Part shown: piece by piece, positions 10,703 to 21,754 of the stretch
How the letters are laid out: every line of letters begins with the position of its first letter
Numbering within the stretch: position 1 is the stretch's first letter
Origin: Puniceicoccales bacterium
GTDB lineage: Bacteria > Verrucomicrobiota > Verrucomicrobiia > Opitutales > JAIRKQ01
Assembly (NCBI GenBank): GCA_031260055.1
Contig: JAIRKQ010000025.1
Location: 2,302 to 66,301 of the forward strand
Length of the DNA stretch: 64,000 nt
Direction: 5' to 3'
Made by a program: the position numbers and the translations under genes
The notes under the pieces: model-generated
What the model was told of the DNA's origin: nothing
Seen by the model: only the letters and a program-made list of their open reading frames with translations
Databases searched by the model: none

Positions 10703-11329
10703 ATGAATAATTTCGCCCTCGATATTAATATTAGTGAATTAAGTAAAGCAAGTAGCGCCGAGAGGTCTACGAGGCCTGAGGTAGCCCCAATAGGCCTATC
10801 CTTCAGTACAGTGGCTAGTCTTTTTGCGGACAGTAAGGCGCCGCCATCTCCCATGGAATCTGGTAATTTTGTTGATGCGAACGTGGCAGTAACCCAAGCC
10901 CGGACCAACGATTTACCCGACATGGTAAGAGATGTGCAAGAAAGACTGGATCAATTGAGGCAAACTCCGGATGATGAATGGGCAAGGATAAAGGAAGAAC
11001 TTCGAGCTGTTTTTGTCATGCTCAATGATCTCGATGGGGATGGTATTCCGGACGACTATGACAAACATCCAGGAGAAACCGTTGCGAATGTTGCTGCTAG
11101 GATAAACAAAATCGGGAAATATACCGTTACCGATGACAATAAGATGAAAATATTTTCAACGCTCAAAACTATGGTACAATCCTTAGACAGCCTATTAAAT
11201 AAAATTTCAGCCATGGCGGCGGCGGCTTCATCATCTTTCAAACCAATGAACGATACATCGGCATCGGATAGGTCGGATGGGGAAGAAAGTCTTTTTTCAT
11301 TAAAAAAAGTAGACAAAGAGCATAAATAG
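10703..11329 (+). CDS. hypothetical protein, candidate chaperone cargo, with one thrombospondin type-3-like Ca-binding motif
   Basis: Starts 2 nt after the stop of the chaperone-like gene. The N-terminus is Ser/Ala/Pro-rich with no signal peptide. DLDGDGIPDDYDKHP (nt 11027-11071) fits DxDxDGxxDxxDxxP. The C-terminus is Ser/Ala-rich and acidic. Confidence 0.5.
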   Translation: MNNFALDINISELSKASSAERSTRPEVAPIGLSFSTVASLFADSKAPPSPMESGNFVDANVAVTQARTNDLPDMVRDVQERLDQLRQTPDDEWARIKEELRAVFVMLNDLDGDGIPDDYDKHPGETVANVAARINKIGKYTVTDDNKMKIFSTLKTMVQSLDSLLNKISAMAAAASSSFKPMNDTSASDRSDGEESLFSLKKVDKEHK

Positions 11330-11346
11330 GAGTAAGCTCGTAGAAC

Positions 11347-11889
11347 ATGAGTAAAAGGCTTTGTTGTCTCTTTGGAAATGGCGTAGAAGAAATTGAACTG
11401 ATAATACCCGTTGACATTTTATTGAGATGTGGGATTGATGTTTCACTTATTTCTGCCCATGGTGATGTTGGAGTAAGTGGTGCGCATAATATTAAATTAG
11501 TTGCTGATACAACCATTGACAAAGTAGCGGTGTCCAATTTTGACGGTCTAATTTTACCTGGCGGCCCTGGTTCTTTTTCGCTGAAAGATGACGGAGCAGT
11601 TCTCAATTTAGTGCGTTCTTTTCATGAAGCGGACAAATTGATGTGTGCAATATGCGCAGCCCCACTAATTTTACAAAATGCAGGAGTTTTAGAAAATGTA
11701 AACTATTGCGCCCATCCGTGCACACATGATATCCTGACAAATGTTGATAAAAATGAACGCGTTGTCGTTGATCATCATTTTATAACAGCCAAGGGACCCG
11801 GTGCAGCAGCAGAATTTGCGTTTGCCATCATTGGGTATTTACATGGAGAATCGATGGCATCGAAAATAAAAAAAGATCTGTTTTTTTAA
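11347..11889 (+). CDS. DJ-1/PfpI family protein
   Basis: 180 aa. LILPGGPG and the nucleophile-elbow CAICAAP are typical of DJ-1/YajL/ThiJ. Confidence 0.85.
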   Translation: MSKRLCCLFGNGVEEIELIIPVDILLRCGIDVSLISAHGDVGVSGAHNIKLVADTTIDKVAVSNFDGLILPGGPGSFSLKDDGAVLNLVRSFHEADKLMCAICAAPLILQNAGVLENVNYCAHPCTHDILTNVDKNERVVVDHHFITAKGPGAAAEFAFAIIGYLHGESMASKIKKDLFF

Positions 11890-11988
11890 AAAATACCGCA
11901 GGGGTAACGGTATTAGGAAAAGCTTCGGACATTTGGTTTTTTTATTTGCCATCTCCCAACTTTGTACAGTATATAGCATCTACTGCTT

Positions 11989-13107
11989 ATGTTAAAAAAT
12001 GACGAAAGATATGAAAAATTAGCTAGAACGCTGGTTGAATTTTCAATAAATTTACAAAAAGGTGAGCGGGTCTTGGTAAATAATATCGACATCCCCGACG
12101 ACATGACGATTGCCCTAATTCAGGCTATTCACACTAGGGGTGGGGTTCCATTTCTGCGATTACAATCCAACAAAGTCGCCCGTGCCCAGAACAAGATTCT
12201 TTCCGAAGAAGCTTTTACAAGCATCGGTGAAGTATTTCTGGATGAGATGAAAAAGATGCAAGCATTCATCGCACTTCGCGGCGGGAATAATGCATTTTAC
12301 CAATCGGATGTTGCCCAGGAACAACGTATGATGATAGACAGAATCATGCGTCCGGTTCAAGATTGGCGCGTTCAAAAAACAAAATGGGTAATTCTCCGTT
12401 GGCCCAGCGATGGTTTTGCCCAGCAGGCTAAGATGAGCACCGATGAATTTGAAGAATTTTTCTTCCGAGTCTGTACGATGGACTATTCCAAAATGGAAGC
12501 AAATATGGAAGCTCTAAAGAAACGGATGGAAGCTGCGGATAAGGTTAGAATTGTTGGGAACGGTACCGATTTATCATTTTCCATAAAGGGCATTCCCGCG
12601 ATTCCCTGTGGAGGACGCCACAATATTCCGGATGGCGAGGTATATACGGCTCCCGTCAAAAATTCGGTCAATGGAATAATTCAGTACAATACCCCAACGG
12701 TCTACCAAGGAATTCCCTTCGAAAATATTCGCCTAGAATTTAAGGATGGCAAAATCATCGCAGGGGACGCTGGAAATAAAACGAATGCTCTGAACAAAAT
12801 TTTAGACGCCGATGAAGGCAGCCGCTATGTTGGCGAGTTTGCATTTGGGCTCAACCCGCATATTTTAGACCCTGTATGTGATATTTTATTCGACGAAAAA
12901 ATTGCAGGATCCTTCCATTTTACCCCTGGCCAAGCCTATGAGGAAGCCGATAATGGCAATCGTTCGCAAATACACTGGGATTTGGTTTGCATCCAACGCA
13001 AGGAATATGGTGGCGGTGAGATATACTTCGACGGAAAACTAATCCGGCAGAATGGGCTATTCATTCCGGCTGACTTGCAAAAATTAAACCCTGAAAATTT
13101 GACCTAA
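11989..13107 (+). CDS. M29 family aminopeptidase (AmpS/PepS-like)
   Basis: 372 aa. The N-terminal YEKLARTLVEFSINLQKGERVLV and the overall pattern are typical of thermophilic-metalloprotease M29 aminopeptidases. Confidence 0.8.
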   Translation: MLKNDERYEKLARTLVEFSINLQKGERVLVNNIDIPDDMTIALIQAIHTRGGVPFLRLQSNKVARAQNKILSEEAFTSIGEVFLDEMKKMQAFIALRGGNNAFYQSDVAQEQRMMIDRIMRPVQDWRVQKTKWVILRWPSDGFAQQAKMSTDEFEEFFFRVCTMDYSKMEANMEALKKRMEAADKVRIVGNGTDLSFSIKGIPAIPCGGRHNIPDGEVYTAPVKNSVNGIIQYNTPTVYQGIPFENIRLEFKDGKIIAGDAGNKTNALNKILDADEGSRYVGEFAFGLNPHILDPVCDILFDEKIAGSFHFTPGQAYEEADNGNRSQIHWDLVCIQRKEYGGGEIYFDGKLIRQNGLFIPADLQKLNPENLT

Positions 13108-13354
13108 AAAGCATTTGGGGCGTATAAAATACATGAGGCAAGAAAAAAAACGACAGTTTTTAAAAATATCTTGTGGGAAAAGAGCACCGATTCTTTACTT
13201 TGAGGAAAGTAAATAGTATCATGCACCGGTTTTGTTAATTTGGAAAATTATCAAACGGTAAAAATAAATATTGACGTTTTCCTGTGACCTTGCAAATTGC
13301 AGACAATCGGTCTTAGGTAACGTACACGCCGTCGTGGCGTTGTCAATGGCGGGC

Positions 13355-13430
<76 letters not shown>

Positions 13431-13475
13431 GAGTTTAAAATTTAAATTTTATATAAAAATAAAAAAGGAAACAAA

Positions 13476-14666
13476 ATGGCAAAAGAAACCTTCGAACGGA
13501 ATAAGCCACACGTAAATGTTGGAACTATAGGGCACGTTGACCATGGAAAGTCAACATTAACAACGGCTATATTAAAAGTACAGTCGGACAAGAAGTTGGC
13601 CGAATTCAAGTCTTACGCTGATGTTACCAAAGGTGGAACGGTCCGTGATTCTACCAAAACTGTCACAATCGCCGTATCCCACGTCGAATATCAGACGGAA
13701 CTTCGCCACTATGCCCACGTCGACTGCCCAGGCCATGCCGATTTTGTTAAAAATATGATTACCGGAGCTGCCCAAATGGATGGAGCGATTTTGGTCGTTA
13801 GCGCCTATGATGGCCCCATGCCTCAAACCCGTGAACACATATTGCTTGCTCGCCAAGTAGGAGTTCCGAACCTGGTTGTGTTTTTAAATAAGGTTGACCT
13901 TTTGGATGATCCGGAATTGCTTGATCTGGTCGAGATGGAAGTTCGTGAACTTTTGAACAAATATGAATATCCTGGCGATAAGGTCACCATCATTCGCGGA
14001 TCTGCTTTGGCAGCGCTGGAAGGTAAACCGGAAGGAGTTAAGGCCATCGGCGAGCTACTGAATGCAATCGACAATGACATTCCAGAACCTGTTAGAAACA
14101 TAGATATGCCATTTTTAATGGCCATCGAAGATGTTTTCTCGATTACGGGAAGGGGGACTGTCGCAACGGGTCGTATTGAACGTGGAGCTATCAGGGTCGG
14201 AGAAGAAATCGAAATTGTTGGGTTGCGCAATACGGTAAAAACCACATGCACAGGAATTGAAATGTTTCGCAAACTGTTAGATAGAGGGCAAGCCGGTGAC
14301 AATGTTGGAATACTTCTGCGCGGCATTGACAAAGATGGCGTTGAACGGGGGCAGGTATTGGCCAAGATCGGGTCAATTCATCCGCATACAAAGGCAAAGG
14401 CTGAAATATATGTTCTAACCAAAGACGAAGGGGGTCGCCATACTTCATTTTTCAATGGATATCGTCCTCAGTTCTACTTTGGAACAGCTGATGTTACGGG
14501 TATTATTAATTTGCCGGAAGGTAGGGAGATGGTAATGCCAGGGGATAATTTAAGCATAGAATTGCTTCTGCAGAAACAGATAGCCATGGAAAAAGGACAA
14601 CGTTTTGCTATCCGTGAAGGGGGTCGTACCATAGGGGCAGGACGTATCACAGAAGTAATAGCCTGA
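13476..14666 (+). CDS. tuf: elongation factor Tu
   Basis: [17 protein letters not shown] and NKVD GTPase motifs over 396 aa. AAGGA Shine-Dalgarno upstream. Confidence 0.98.
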   Translation: MAKETFERNKPHVNVGTIGHVDHGKSTLTTAILKVQSDKKLAEFKSYADVTKGGTVRDSTKTVTIAVSHVEYQTELRHYAHVDCPGHADFVKNMITGAAQMDGAILVVSAYDGPMPQTREHILLARQVGVPNLVVFLNKVDLLDDPELLDLVEMEVRELLNKYEYPGDKVTIIRGSALAALEGKPEGVKAIGELLNAIDNDIPEPVRNIDMPFLMAIEDVFSITGRGTVATGRIERGAIRVGEEIEIVGLRNTVKTTCTGIEMFRKLLDRGQAGDNVGILLRGIDKDGVERGQVLAKIGSIHPHTKAKAEIYVLTKDEGGRHTSFFNGYRPQFYFGTADVTGIINLPEGREMVMPGDNLSIELLLQKQIAMEKGQRFAIREGGRTIGAGRITEVIA

Positions 14667-14738
14667 GACAGTATTCGAGGGAAGCCCGTACGCTACCTGT
14701 CGTCGAAAAAAGAAATATGAGTTAATGTTTGAAATCAA

Positions 14739-14814
<76 letters not shown>

Positions 14815-14838
14815 TGGTTTCTACGAAAAGAGTGATGT

Positions 14839-15036
14839 ATGCTAGGAAAGACGAAACGTTTTTTTGTTGAAACATTGGACGAGCTCAAAAAAGTAGCTTG
14901 GCCTGTGAAAAAGGAATTGGGAAAATCTACCATCGTTGTCATAATTGGTATGCTTTTGATCAGCTTTTATGTAAGCGTAGTAGATTTTTCACTATTCAAT
15001 GTCGTAGATTTTATGATCAAGTGCGTTAGAGGTTAG
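14839..15036 (+). CDS. secE: preprotein translocase subunit SecE
   Basis: 65 aa. ELKKVAWPVKKEL followed by a single TM helix. It holds the canonical position between tRNA-Trp and nusG. Confidence 0.8.
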   Translation: MLGKTKRFFVETLDELKKVAWPVKKELGKSTIVVIIGMLLISFYVSVVDFSLFNVVDFMIKCVRG

Positions 15037-15042
15037 AATAGA

Positions 15043-15657
15043 ATGGATGACGAGACACTAGAAGAACTTGAGACCGTGTTCGACGAAAAAATGTTGCTGC
15101 CAAAATGGTTCGTTTTGCAGACCTTGTCAAATCAGGAAAGTAAAGTCAAGGACGCCATTCATATTCTCGAAAAGGAGCATAACTTTGAAGATATTATCCA
15201 GGAAGTACTAGTTCCGGCTGAGAAAGTTACGGAGATAAAAAATGGTAAGAAATATTCCCGCGTGAGAAAATTTTACCCAGGCTATGTTTTTATTAAGATG
15301 AAAATGTATGGCGCCAACGGCAAGTTTCTCGAAGAACCATTTTCTCTTGTAAAAAATGTTCCAGGGGTTGTTAGATTTGTAGGGGACCGAAATCCCGTTG
15401 CATTGAAACAGGATGAAATTGACAACATTTTGGCAAAGGTTGAAGCTGTTAGTGGACAAAGCATTCCGAAGGTTACCTATGACCTGGGCGAAATTGTAAA
15501 AATTAATGATGGTCCATTTTTAAACTTGACAGGAACAATAGAAGGTATTGATACGGAAGAAGGTCGGCTACGTGTAAATGTTTCGATGTTTGGTCGTTCG
15601 ACTCCGGTCGATTTAGAATTTTGGCAAGTTAGACGATGTGCTGACGGAGAAAATTAG
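15043..15657 (+). CDS. nusG: transcription termination/antitermination factor NusG
   Basis: KWFVLQT NGN start and a KOW region GEIVKINDGPFLNLTGTIEGID, with matching synteny. Confidence 0.93.
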   Translation: MDDETLEELETVFDEKMLLPKWFVLQTLSNQESKVKDAIHILEKEHNFEDIIQEVLVPAEKVTEIKNGKKYSRVRKFYPGYVFIKMKMYGANGKFLEEPFSLVKNVPGVVRFVGDRNPVALKQDEIDNILAKVEAVSGQSIPKVTYDLGEIVKINDGPFLNLTGTIEGIDTEEGRLRVNVSMFGRSTPVDLEFWQVRRCADGEN

Positions 15658-15675
15658 AGTTTTTAGGAGTAAAAA

Positions 15676-16101
15676 ATGGCAAAAAAGGTTATCAAAGAGA
15701 TAAAGTTACAGTTGCCAGCCGGTGCTGCAAATCCTGCGCCTCCGGTCGGCCCAGCACTGGGAGCAGCCGGCATAAACATTATGGGTTTTTGCAAAGAATT
15801 CAATGCCAAGACAAAGGACCAAAATGGAATGATTTTACCGACAGTCATATCCGTCTATGCGGATAAAACATTTAGTTTTATTCTTAAATCTCCCCCCGCT
15901 GCAGTCTTGCTCAAAAAAGCCGCTGGCATAGAAAAGGCATCGGGTGTTCCAAACCGTGACAAAGTCGGGAAAGTCACAATGGCCCAGGTTATGGAAATCG
16001 CCAATATTAAGAAGGAAGATTTGAACGCTAATTCGATTGAGCAGGCGGCTAAAATAATTGAAGGAACAGCAAGAAGCATGGGAATTGAGGTCGTTAAATA
16101 A
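15676..16101 (+). CDS. rplK: 50S ribosomal protein L11
   Basis: [19 protein letters not shown] signature. 141 aa. AGGAG Shine-Dalgarno upstream. Confidence 0.97.
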   Translation: MAKKVIKEIKLQLPAGAANPAPPVGPALGAAGINIMGFCKEFNAKTKDQNGMILPTVISVYADKTFSFILKSPPAAVLLKKAAGIEKASGVPNRDKVGKVTMAQVMEIANIKKEDLNANSIEQAAKIIEGTARSMGIEVVK

Positions 16102-16108
16102 TAAGTTT

Positions 16109-16801
16109 ATGAAAAAATCAAGCAAACGATATACTAAAGCGCTGGAGGTTTCCGACTTGGGGAGTGGATATTCCGTATCGGAAGCCATTGAACTGCTGGA
16201 GAAAATGCCAAAAACAAAGTTTGATGAAACCGTCGTGTTATCTGTCCACCTGGGGGTAGACCCAAAACAAAGTGATCAAATGGTTCGCGGGACTGTGTCA
16301 TTGCCACATGGTAGTGGCCGAAGGGTAAAAGTATTAGCGTTCACCGATGACCCGGCGGGTGCACTGGCTGCAGGAGCTGATGAGGCAGGCTTGCATGATA
16401 TTTTACAAAAAATCAACGACGGTTGGTTGGATTTCGATGTGGCCGTTGCAACAACATCAGCCATGAAAGAGGTTCGCTCGGCTGCTAGGATTTTGGGGCC
16501 ACGGGGTTTAATGCCAAATCCTAAAACCGGTACCGTTTCGGACGATTTGCCTTCTGCAATTCAAGCGGTAAAGGCTGGTCGGATAGAATTTAAGATGGAT
16601 AAAACCGCTAATTTGGCAATTGTGATAGGCAAACGATCATTTGGTGGGCCAAAATTGGTGGAAAATTGCGATGTGGCCATAGATGTTCTATCGAAGATGC
16701 GTCCAGCAGAATTTCGCGGTAAATTTGTAGAATCGATGACCATAGCAGGAACCATGACACCGGGCATTCGGTTGTCACAGAAGATATTTGGAAAGTTTTA
16801 A
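16109..16801 (+). CDS. rplA: 50S ribosomal protein L1
   Basis: MKKSSKRYTKALE start at 16109. The track ORF from 16058 overlaps the rplK end. Pattern and synteny are typical of L1. Confidence 0.94.
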   Translation: MKKSSKRYTKALEVSDLGSGYSVSEAIELLEKMPKTKFDETVVLSVHLGVDPKQSDQMVRGTVSLPHGSGRRVKVLAFTDDPAGALAAGADEAGLHDILQKINDGWLDFDVAVATTSAMKEVRSAARILGPRGLMPNPKTGTVSDDLPSAIQAVKAGRIEFKMDKTANLAIVIGKRSFGGPKLVENCDVAIDVLSKMRPAEFRGKFVESMTIAGTMTPGIRLSQKIFGKF

Positions 16802-16809
16802 GGGAAAAA

Positions 16810-17322
16810 ATGAGAAACGAAAAGAAACTTTTGGTTGGAGAGATAGGTAAACACCTTGATAAGTCAAACTATGTATTTTTTACGGATTTCCGTGGCGTAA
16901 CGGTCTCCGACGTTTCCAATTTGCGTCAAAAATTACGTTCGGAGCAGGGTGAATTTCACGTTGTAAAAAAGTCCCTGCTGCAAAAAGCAACCGAAGAGAG
17001 GTCTTTGCCGATGCCAGCGGGTGGTTTCGAAGGGCAAATAGCTCTCGTTGTTGGCGGGAAAAATCCTGCTGGAATAGCGAAATTATTGAAGGAGTTTCAC
17101 AAAAATAGTAAGGAGGAAAAATTGGCAATGCGGGGTGGTTTGCTTGGCGGCAAGCTGCTTAGTTTACAGGATATAAGCACATTGGCGGAACTTCCCGGAA
17201 TGGATGTTTTGCGTGCAAAATTTTTGGCCTTGTTAGGTACTCCAGCAACAAAGTTGGTGCGAACGATGAATGCCGTTCCGCAGGGAATATTGAATGTGTT
17301 GCAGGCCAAGGCAAGATTATAG
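16810..17322 (+). CDS. rplJ: 50S ribosomal protein L10
   Basis: 170 aa, between rplA and rplL, with a typical L10 N-terminal pattern. Confidence 0.92.
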   Translation: MRNEKKLLVGEIGKHLDKSNYVFFTDFRGVTVSDVSNLRQKLRSEQGEFHVVKKSLLQKATEERSLPMPAGGFEGQIALVVGGKNPAGIAKLLKEFHKNSKEEKLAMRGGLLGGKLLSLQDISTLAELPGMDVLRAKFLALLGTPATKLVRTMNAVPQGILNVLQAKARL

Positions 17323-17416
17323 AATTTTTCAAAAAAATGAAACTTTGCTAGGAAAAGTGTTTCTTAATTAAATGGCGTTTGGTAATGCCGCTAGCGAAAT
17401 TTCGAAAGGAAAGAAA

Positions 17417-17806
17417 ATGGCAAGTATAACGAAAGAACAGGTAATAGATTGGTTAAGTGAACAGTCGGTATTGGAGATCTCTTCCTTGGTTAAGGACTTG
17501 GAGACTAAGTGGGGTGTCAGTGCAGCAGCACCGGTAGCAGCGGTAGCAACCGTTGCGGCCACAGCTGCAGCAGATTCACCTGCCACAGAAGAGAAAACTG
17601 AGTTCGAGGTCGTGCTAAAAGCAACGGGCGATAAAAAGATTGAAGTCATCAAAGCCGTCCGCGAAGTCGCAGGACTTGGGCTAAAGGAGGCTAAAGATCT
17701 TGTCGAAGGGGCTCCAAAGACCGTAAAAGAGGCGGTTTCAAAGGCCGATGCAGAGGAAATAAAGAAAAAATTAGAAGCTGCCGGAGCAACCGTTGAGCTG
17801 AAGTAG
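17417..17806 (+). CDS. rplL: 50S ribosomal protein L7/L12
   Basis: [13 protein letters not shown] start at 17417, an Ala-rich hinge, and the C-terminal [15 protein letters not shown]...[14 protein letters not shown]. Confidence 0.95.
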   Translation: MASITKEQVIDWLSEQSVLEISSLVKDLETKWGVSAAAPVAAVATVAATAAADSPATEEKTEFEVVLKATGDKKIEVIKAVREVAGLGLKEAKDLVEGAPKTVKEAVSKADAEEIKKKLEAAGATVELK

Positions 17807-17950
17807 CTTTCTCCATGTGATTATTTTTAATCATATGATCTTTTTTGGGGAAAAAGCTGTGGTCTTTTTTATTGTATTTGGTATAAGTACGGTAAAGGGG
17901 ACTATGGTTGAATAGTTTGTATAAAAATTTTAAGAAAATCATCGCATCCT

Positions 17951-20900
17951 ATGATGGACAAAAATCACGTTAGTTTCGGAAGTTTAAAGGAAGTAATAAC
18001 TCCGCCTTATCTCATTGAAGCACAGATAAATTCATTTAAAGAATTTTTACAGGCTGATGTGGAAGCGAAGGATCGGCAAGATGTTGGACTAGAAGCGGTT
18101 TTTAGGCGAACGTTTCCCATCGAAAGCTATGATGGGACAGCCTCGTTGAATTATGTGTCCTATAGGGTTGCTCCAGCCAAATACTCGGAGGATTTCTGCA
18201 TCAAGGAAAGTCGAACCTATGCTGCTCCATTGTTTTTACGCCTAAAGCTTTCCAGTGGTGAAGATCCGAGGGAGGAAGAGATTTACATAGGGGAAATTCC
18301 GATCATGAGCGAGCGTGGTTCGTTTGTGATTAGTGGGACAGAACGTGTTGTTGTCAGTCAGTTGCACCGGTCTCCGGGCATTTGCTTCGAAGTTGCCACC
18401 CATGTGACGGGAAAATTATTACATGCATTCCGCATAATGCCTGATCGCGGAACTTGGATAGAGGTACAAAATGATCAGAATGACCTTTTGTATGTTTATT
18501 TGGACAGGCGTCGTAGGCGTCGTCGATTCCTCCTAACGACCCTGCTACGTGCGTTTGGTTATAGTTCGGACCGGGAAATATTGTCGGTTTTTTACAAACT
18601 GCAAGAGGTTAGCGTAGATCGACTAATCAAGAAAGAGTCTCTTGTCGACATCGTTTTAACGGATGATGTGATAGACGTAAAACATGGCATTGTCTTGGCA
18701 CGGGCCTACGAACCCTTAGGCAAAGGCATGTTAAAAAGTTTTATCGAAGCTGGTATTACCACCATCTCGGTTGTAAATGTTTCGGAAGATGGCGGCCTAA
18801 TAATTCGCAGCCTGAAAAAGGATGCGACACGGAACGAGGAAGAGGCACTCTATGAAATTTATAGGCATTTTAGGCCCGGAGAACCTCTGAATTTGCAAAA
18901 TGCACAGTCATTTTTTGTTCGCAGTTTTAAAGATAGTAAACGCTATGACCTCAGTAAGATTGGAAGGTATAAAATCAACAGCAAGCTGGGACTACATAAG
19001 GATTTAAACGATACCCTGGTGGGCGTAGACGACATTGTGGCAGCAACGAAGTATCTGTGTTTACTTCGATCCGGCGAAGGTGGTTCCATCGATGACATTG
19101 ATAGTTTGGGTAGCAGAAGGATTCGGGGAGTCGGTGAACTTTTGATCAACCAATGTCGCATTGGGTTAGCTCGTATGGAAAGGGTAATACGGGAAAAAAT
19201 GTCCCTGCTAAATCAAAGCGTTGACATACTTTCGGCACAAAAATTAATTAATGGGAAAATGCTAATGTCCGTCATTAGGGACTTCTTTGCACGGAGTCAA
19301 TTGTCTCAATTTATGGATCAGATAAATCCACTATCCGAACTCACCCATAAAAGAAGGTTGTCCGCCATTGGTCCGAGTGGTTTGAATCGGGATCGCGCTG
19401 GTATGGAAGTTAGGGATGTACACGCATCACACTATGGCAGAATTTGCCCAATTGAAACACCGGAAGGTCCAAATATTGGGTTGATCAACTCGTTGAGCAC
19501 CTATGCGCGCATAAACGATTTCGGTTTCATTGAAACCCCATACCGTGTGGTAAATAATGGCCGTGTTTCTCCTGACGTTGTCTATCTATCTGCGGATAAG
19601 GAGGAAAACAAATTGATCGCTCAAGCAAATTCTGACATCGACGAAAATGGCAATTTGACCGGGAAAATCACCGTGAGGAAATCAAGCGAGATTCTTGAGG
19701 TTGATCCGAAGGATGTCGATCTAATGGATGTTTCTCCAAAGCAGGTAATTTCCATTGCCGCTGGACTGATTCCATTCCTTGAACATGACGATACCAGTCG
19801 CGCCCTCATGGGGGCTAACATGCAGCGCCAGGGAGTACCATTGTTGATAACGGAAGCACCTCTTGTTGGAACTGGAATTGAGAAAAAACTGGCATGTGAT
19901 TCTGGGCACGTGATTCTAGCAAAATCCGACGGTATTGTTGCTTCCATCGACGGGACAAGAATTATCGTAACCAAAGATGGAAAATTGCCGAATAATTTTA
20001 ATGAATCCGATGGCTCCCATGGAAAAAATATTCAAATTTATCATTTGCGCAAATATTGGAGATCGAACGCATCCACATGTTTTAATCAAAAGCCGGTGGT
20101 AAGTAAAAATCAACAGGTGCAAGCGGGCGATATTTTAGCAGATGGGGCGGCAACCGATAATGGTATTTTGGCTCTGGGCAAGAACGTTCTTGTGGCGTTT
20201 ATGCCGTGGAATGGGTATAATTTTGAAGATGCGGTAATTTTAAACGAACGTATGATTCGGGATGATGTTTTTACATCGATTCATGTAGAAGAGTATGAAG
20301 TATCTGCCCGCGATACGAAGCTCGGCCCTGAAGAAATAACAAGGGATATTCCAAACGTTGGGGATGAAGCATTGAAAAATTTGAGCAGAAATGGCATCAT
20401 TAAGATCGGGGCTGAAGTAAAGCCAGGAGATATTCTGGTTGGGAAAATTACACCAAAAACGGAAACGGATTTGGCACCGGAAGAAAAACTTCTGCGGGCT
20501 ATTTTTGGTGAAAAAGCAGCTGATGTTAAGGATTCGTCACTGTTGGCACCTGCAGGATGCTATGGAACCGTTATGGATGTGAAAATTTCTAGCAGGATAG
20601 ATAATGAACGAGAAGATATTTCCGAAATAGAGTGCAAACGAAGAATTAAAAAGACTAACGAGGAATTTCGTGCCCAAGCGGATATGATCCGGGATGACCT
20701 AACAGAAGCTTTTTCCAGCATTTTATTGGGAGAAAAAATTCCATTGGATATTACGGACAACGAGACTGGAGAAGTGATTTTGCCGGCTAATAGAAAAATC
20801 ACAAAAACATTGTTGCGCAGATTGGCAGCCTGCGGAAGTAATGTTAGGATGGCTGCGTCTCCAGTTAGGACTAAGATCACGGAAATCATCGAAGTATACC

Positions 20901-21735
20901 AGGCAAAATTTGATGATTTGGAGAAGGAAAGATTGCACAAAATTGCGGCCATTGAATCTGGAAACATCGACGACAGTGGTATCATCAAAAATGTTAAGGT
21001 GTTCATTGCAAACAAACGGAAGATACAAGTCGGGGATAAAATGGCTGGCCGTCATGGCAATAAGGGTGTTGTTTCAAAGATTGTCAAATCGGAAGATATG
21101 CCATTTTTGGAAGATGGGACTCCCATCGACATAATACTAATCCTCTCGGCGTCCCAGGCCGTATGAATGTTGGACAGGTTTTGGAAACACATCTGGGCTT
21201 GGTATGCAAAAAACTTGGCATAACGGTTTCAACTCCCGTATTCGATGGGGTTAGAGAGAGTAAAATGCAGGAGTTATATAAGCAAGCAGGTTTACCGGCA
21301 GGCGGAAAGGTCGATTTATTCGACGGTTGTACGGGTAGAAAATTTGATCAGAAAGTGATGATTGGCTACATTTATATGATGAAACTGAACCATCTTGTCG
21401 CCGACAAAGTCCATGCCCGTGCCGTTGGTCCATACAGCCTGATAACGCAACAGCCCCTGGGAGGTCGTGCACAATATGGAGGTCAGCGGTTTGGAGAGAT
21501 GGAAGTTTGGGCACTTGAGGCCTATGGGGCAGCCTATTCGTTACAGGAGTTGTTGACCGTCAAATCCGATGATTTACAGGGAAGGACAAGGATTTACGAA
21601 TCCATAGTAAAAGGGGATACATCTTTGGATGCGGGAGTACCGCAATCGTTTAATGTTCTCGTAAAAGAGATGCAAGGATTATGCCTAGACATCAAATTGG
21701 AAGACGATAGGCTATTGGACATGGAAAATTTTTAA
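17951..21735 (+). CDS. rpoB: RNA polymerase beta subunit, reading frame broken by an apparent 1-nt deletion at 21140/21141
   Basis: The two track ORFs 17951..21166 and 21163..21735 are the N- and C-terminal parts of RpoB ([16 protein letters not shown], then [12 protein letters not shown]). Adding one A in CTAA^TCC restores the universal block [17 protein letters not shown]. Confidence 0.9.
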
Positions 21736-21754
21736 CTAGGGAATTGGTAAGACA

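Noticed and set aside
11892-11914. A hairpin AATACCG-N9-CGGTATT after the DJ-1 gene.
   Set aside because: No T-run follows it on the plus strand. The T-run exists only for the minus strand, where no real gene ends. Left uncalled.
13823-14365. A 180-aa antisense ORF inside tuf, and similar long antisense ORFs inside dnaE, rpoB, rpoC, valS, sucC/D and ispG (for example 20560..21015, 24977..25357, 47022..47426, 41975..42406).
   Set aside because: Each is fully embedded opposite a strongly supported conserved gene. Their compositions are Ser/Pro/Arg-rich as expected of antisense frames, and they have no motifs.
17814-17850. An AT-rich hairpin (ATGTGATT / AATCATAT) plus a T-run between rplL and rpoB, considered as the classical rplL-rpoB attenuator.
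   Set aside because: The stem is almost entirely A-T with a G-U pair. I cannot compute its stability, so it is too weak to call from sequence alone.
21163-21735. The idea that rpoB is naturally split into two functional subunits.
   Set aside because: The break removes the invariant NPLGVPGR block from both products, and a single added A restores it perfectly. An indel, real or artefactual, is far more likely than an evolved split. It is kept only as a minor alternative in the finding.
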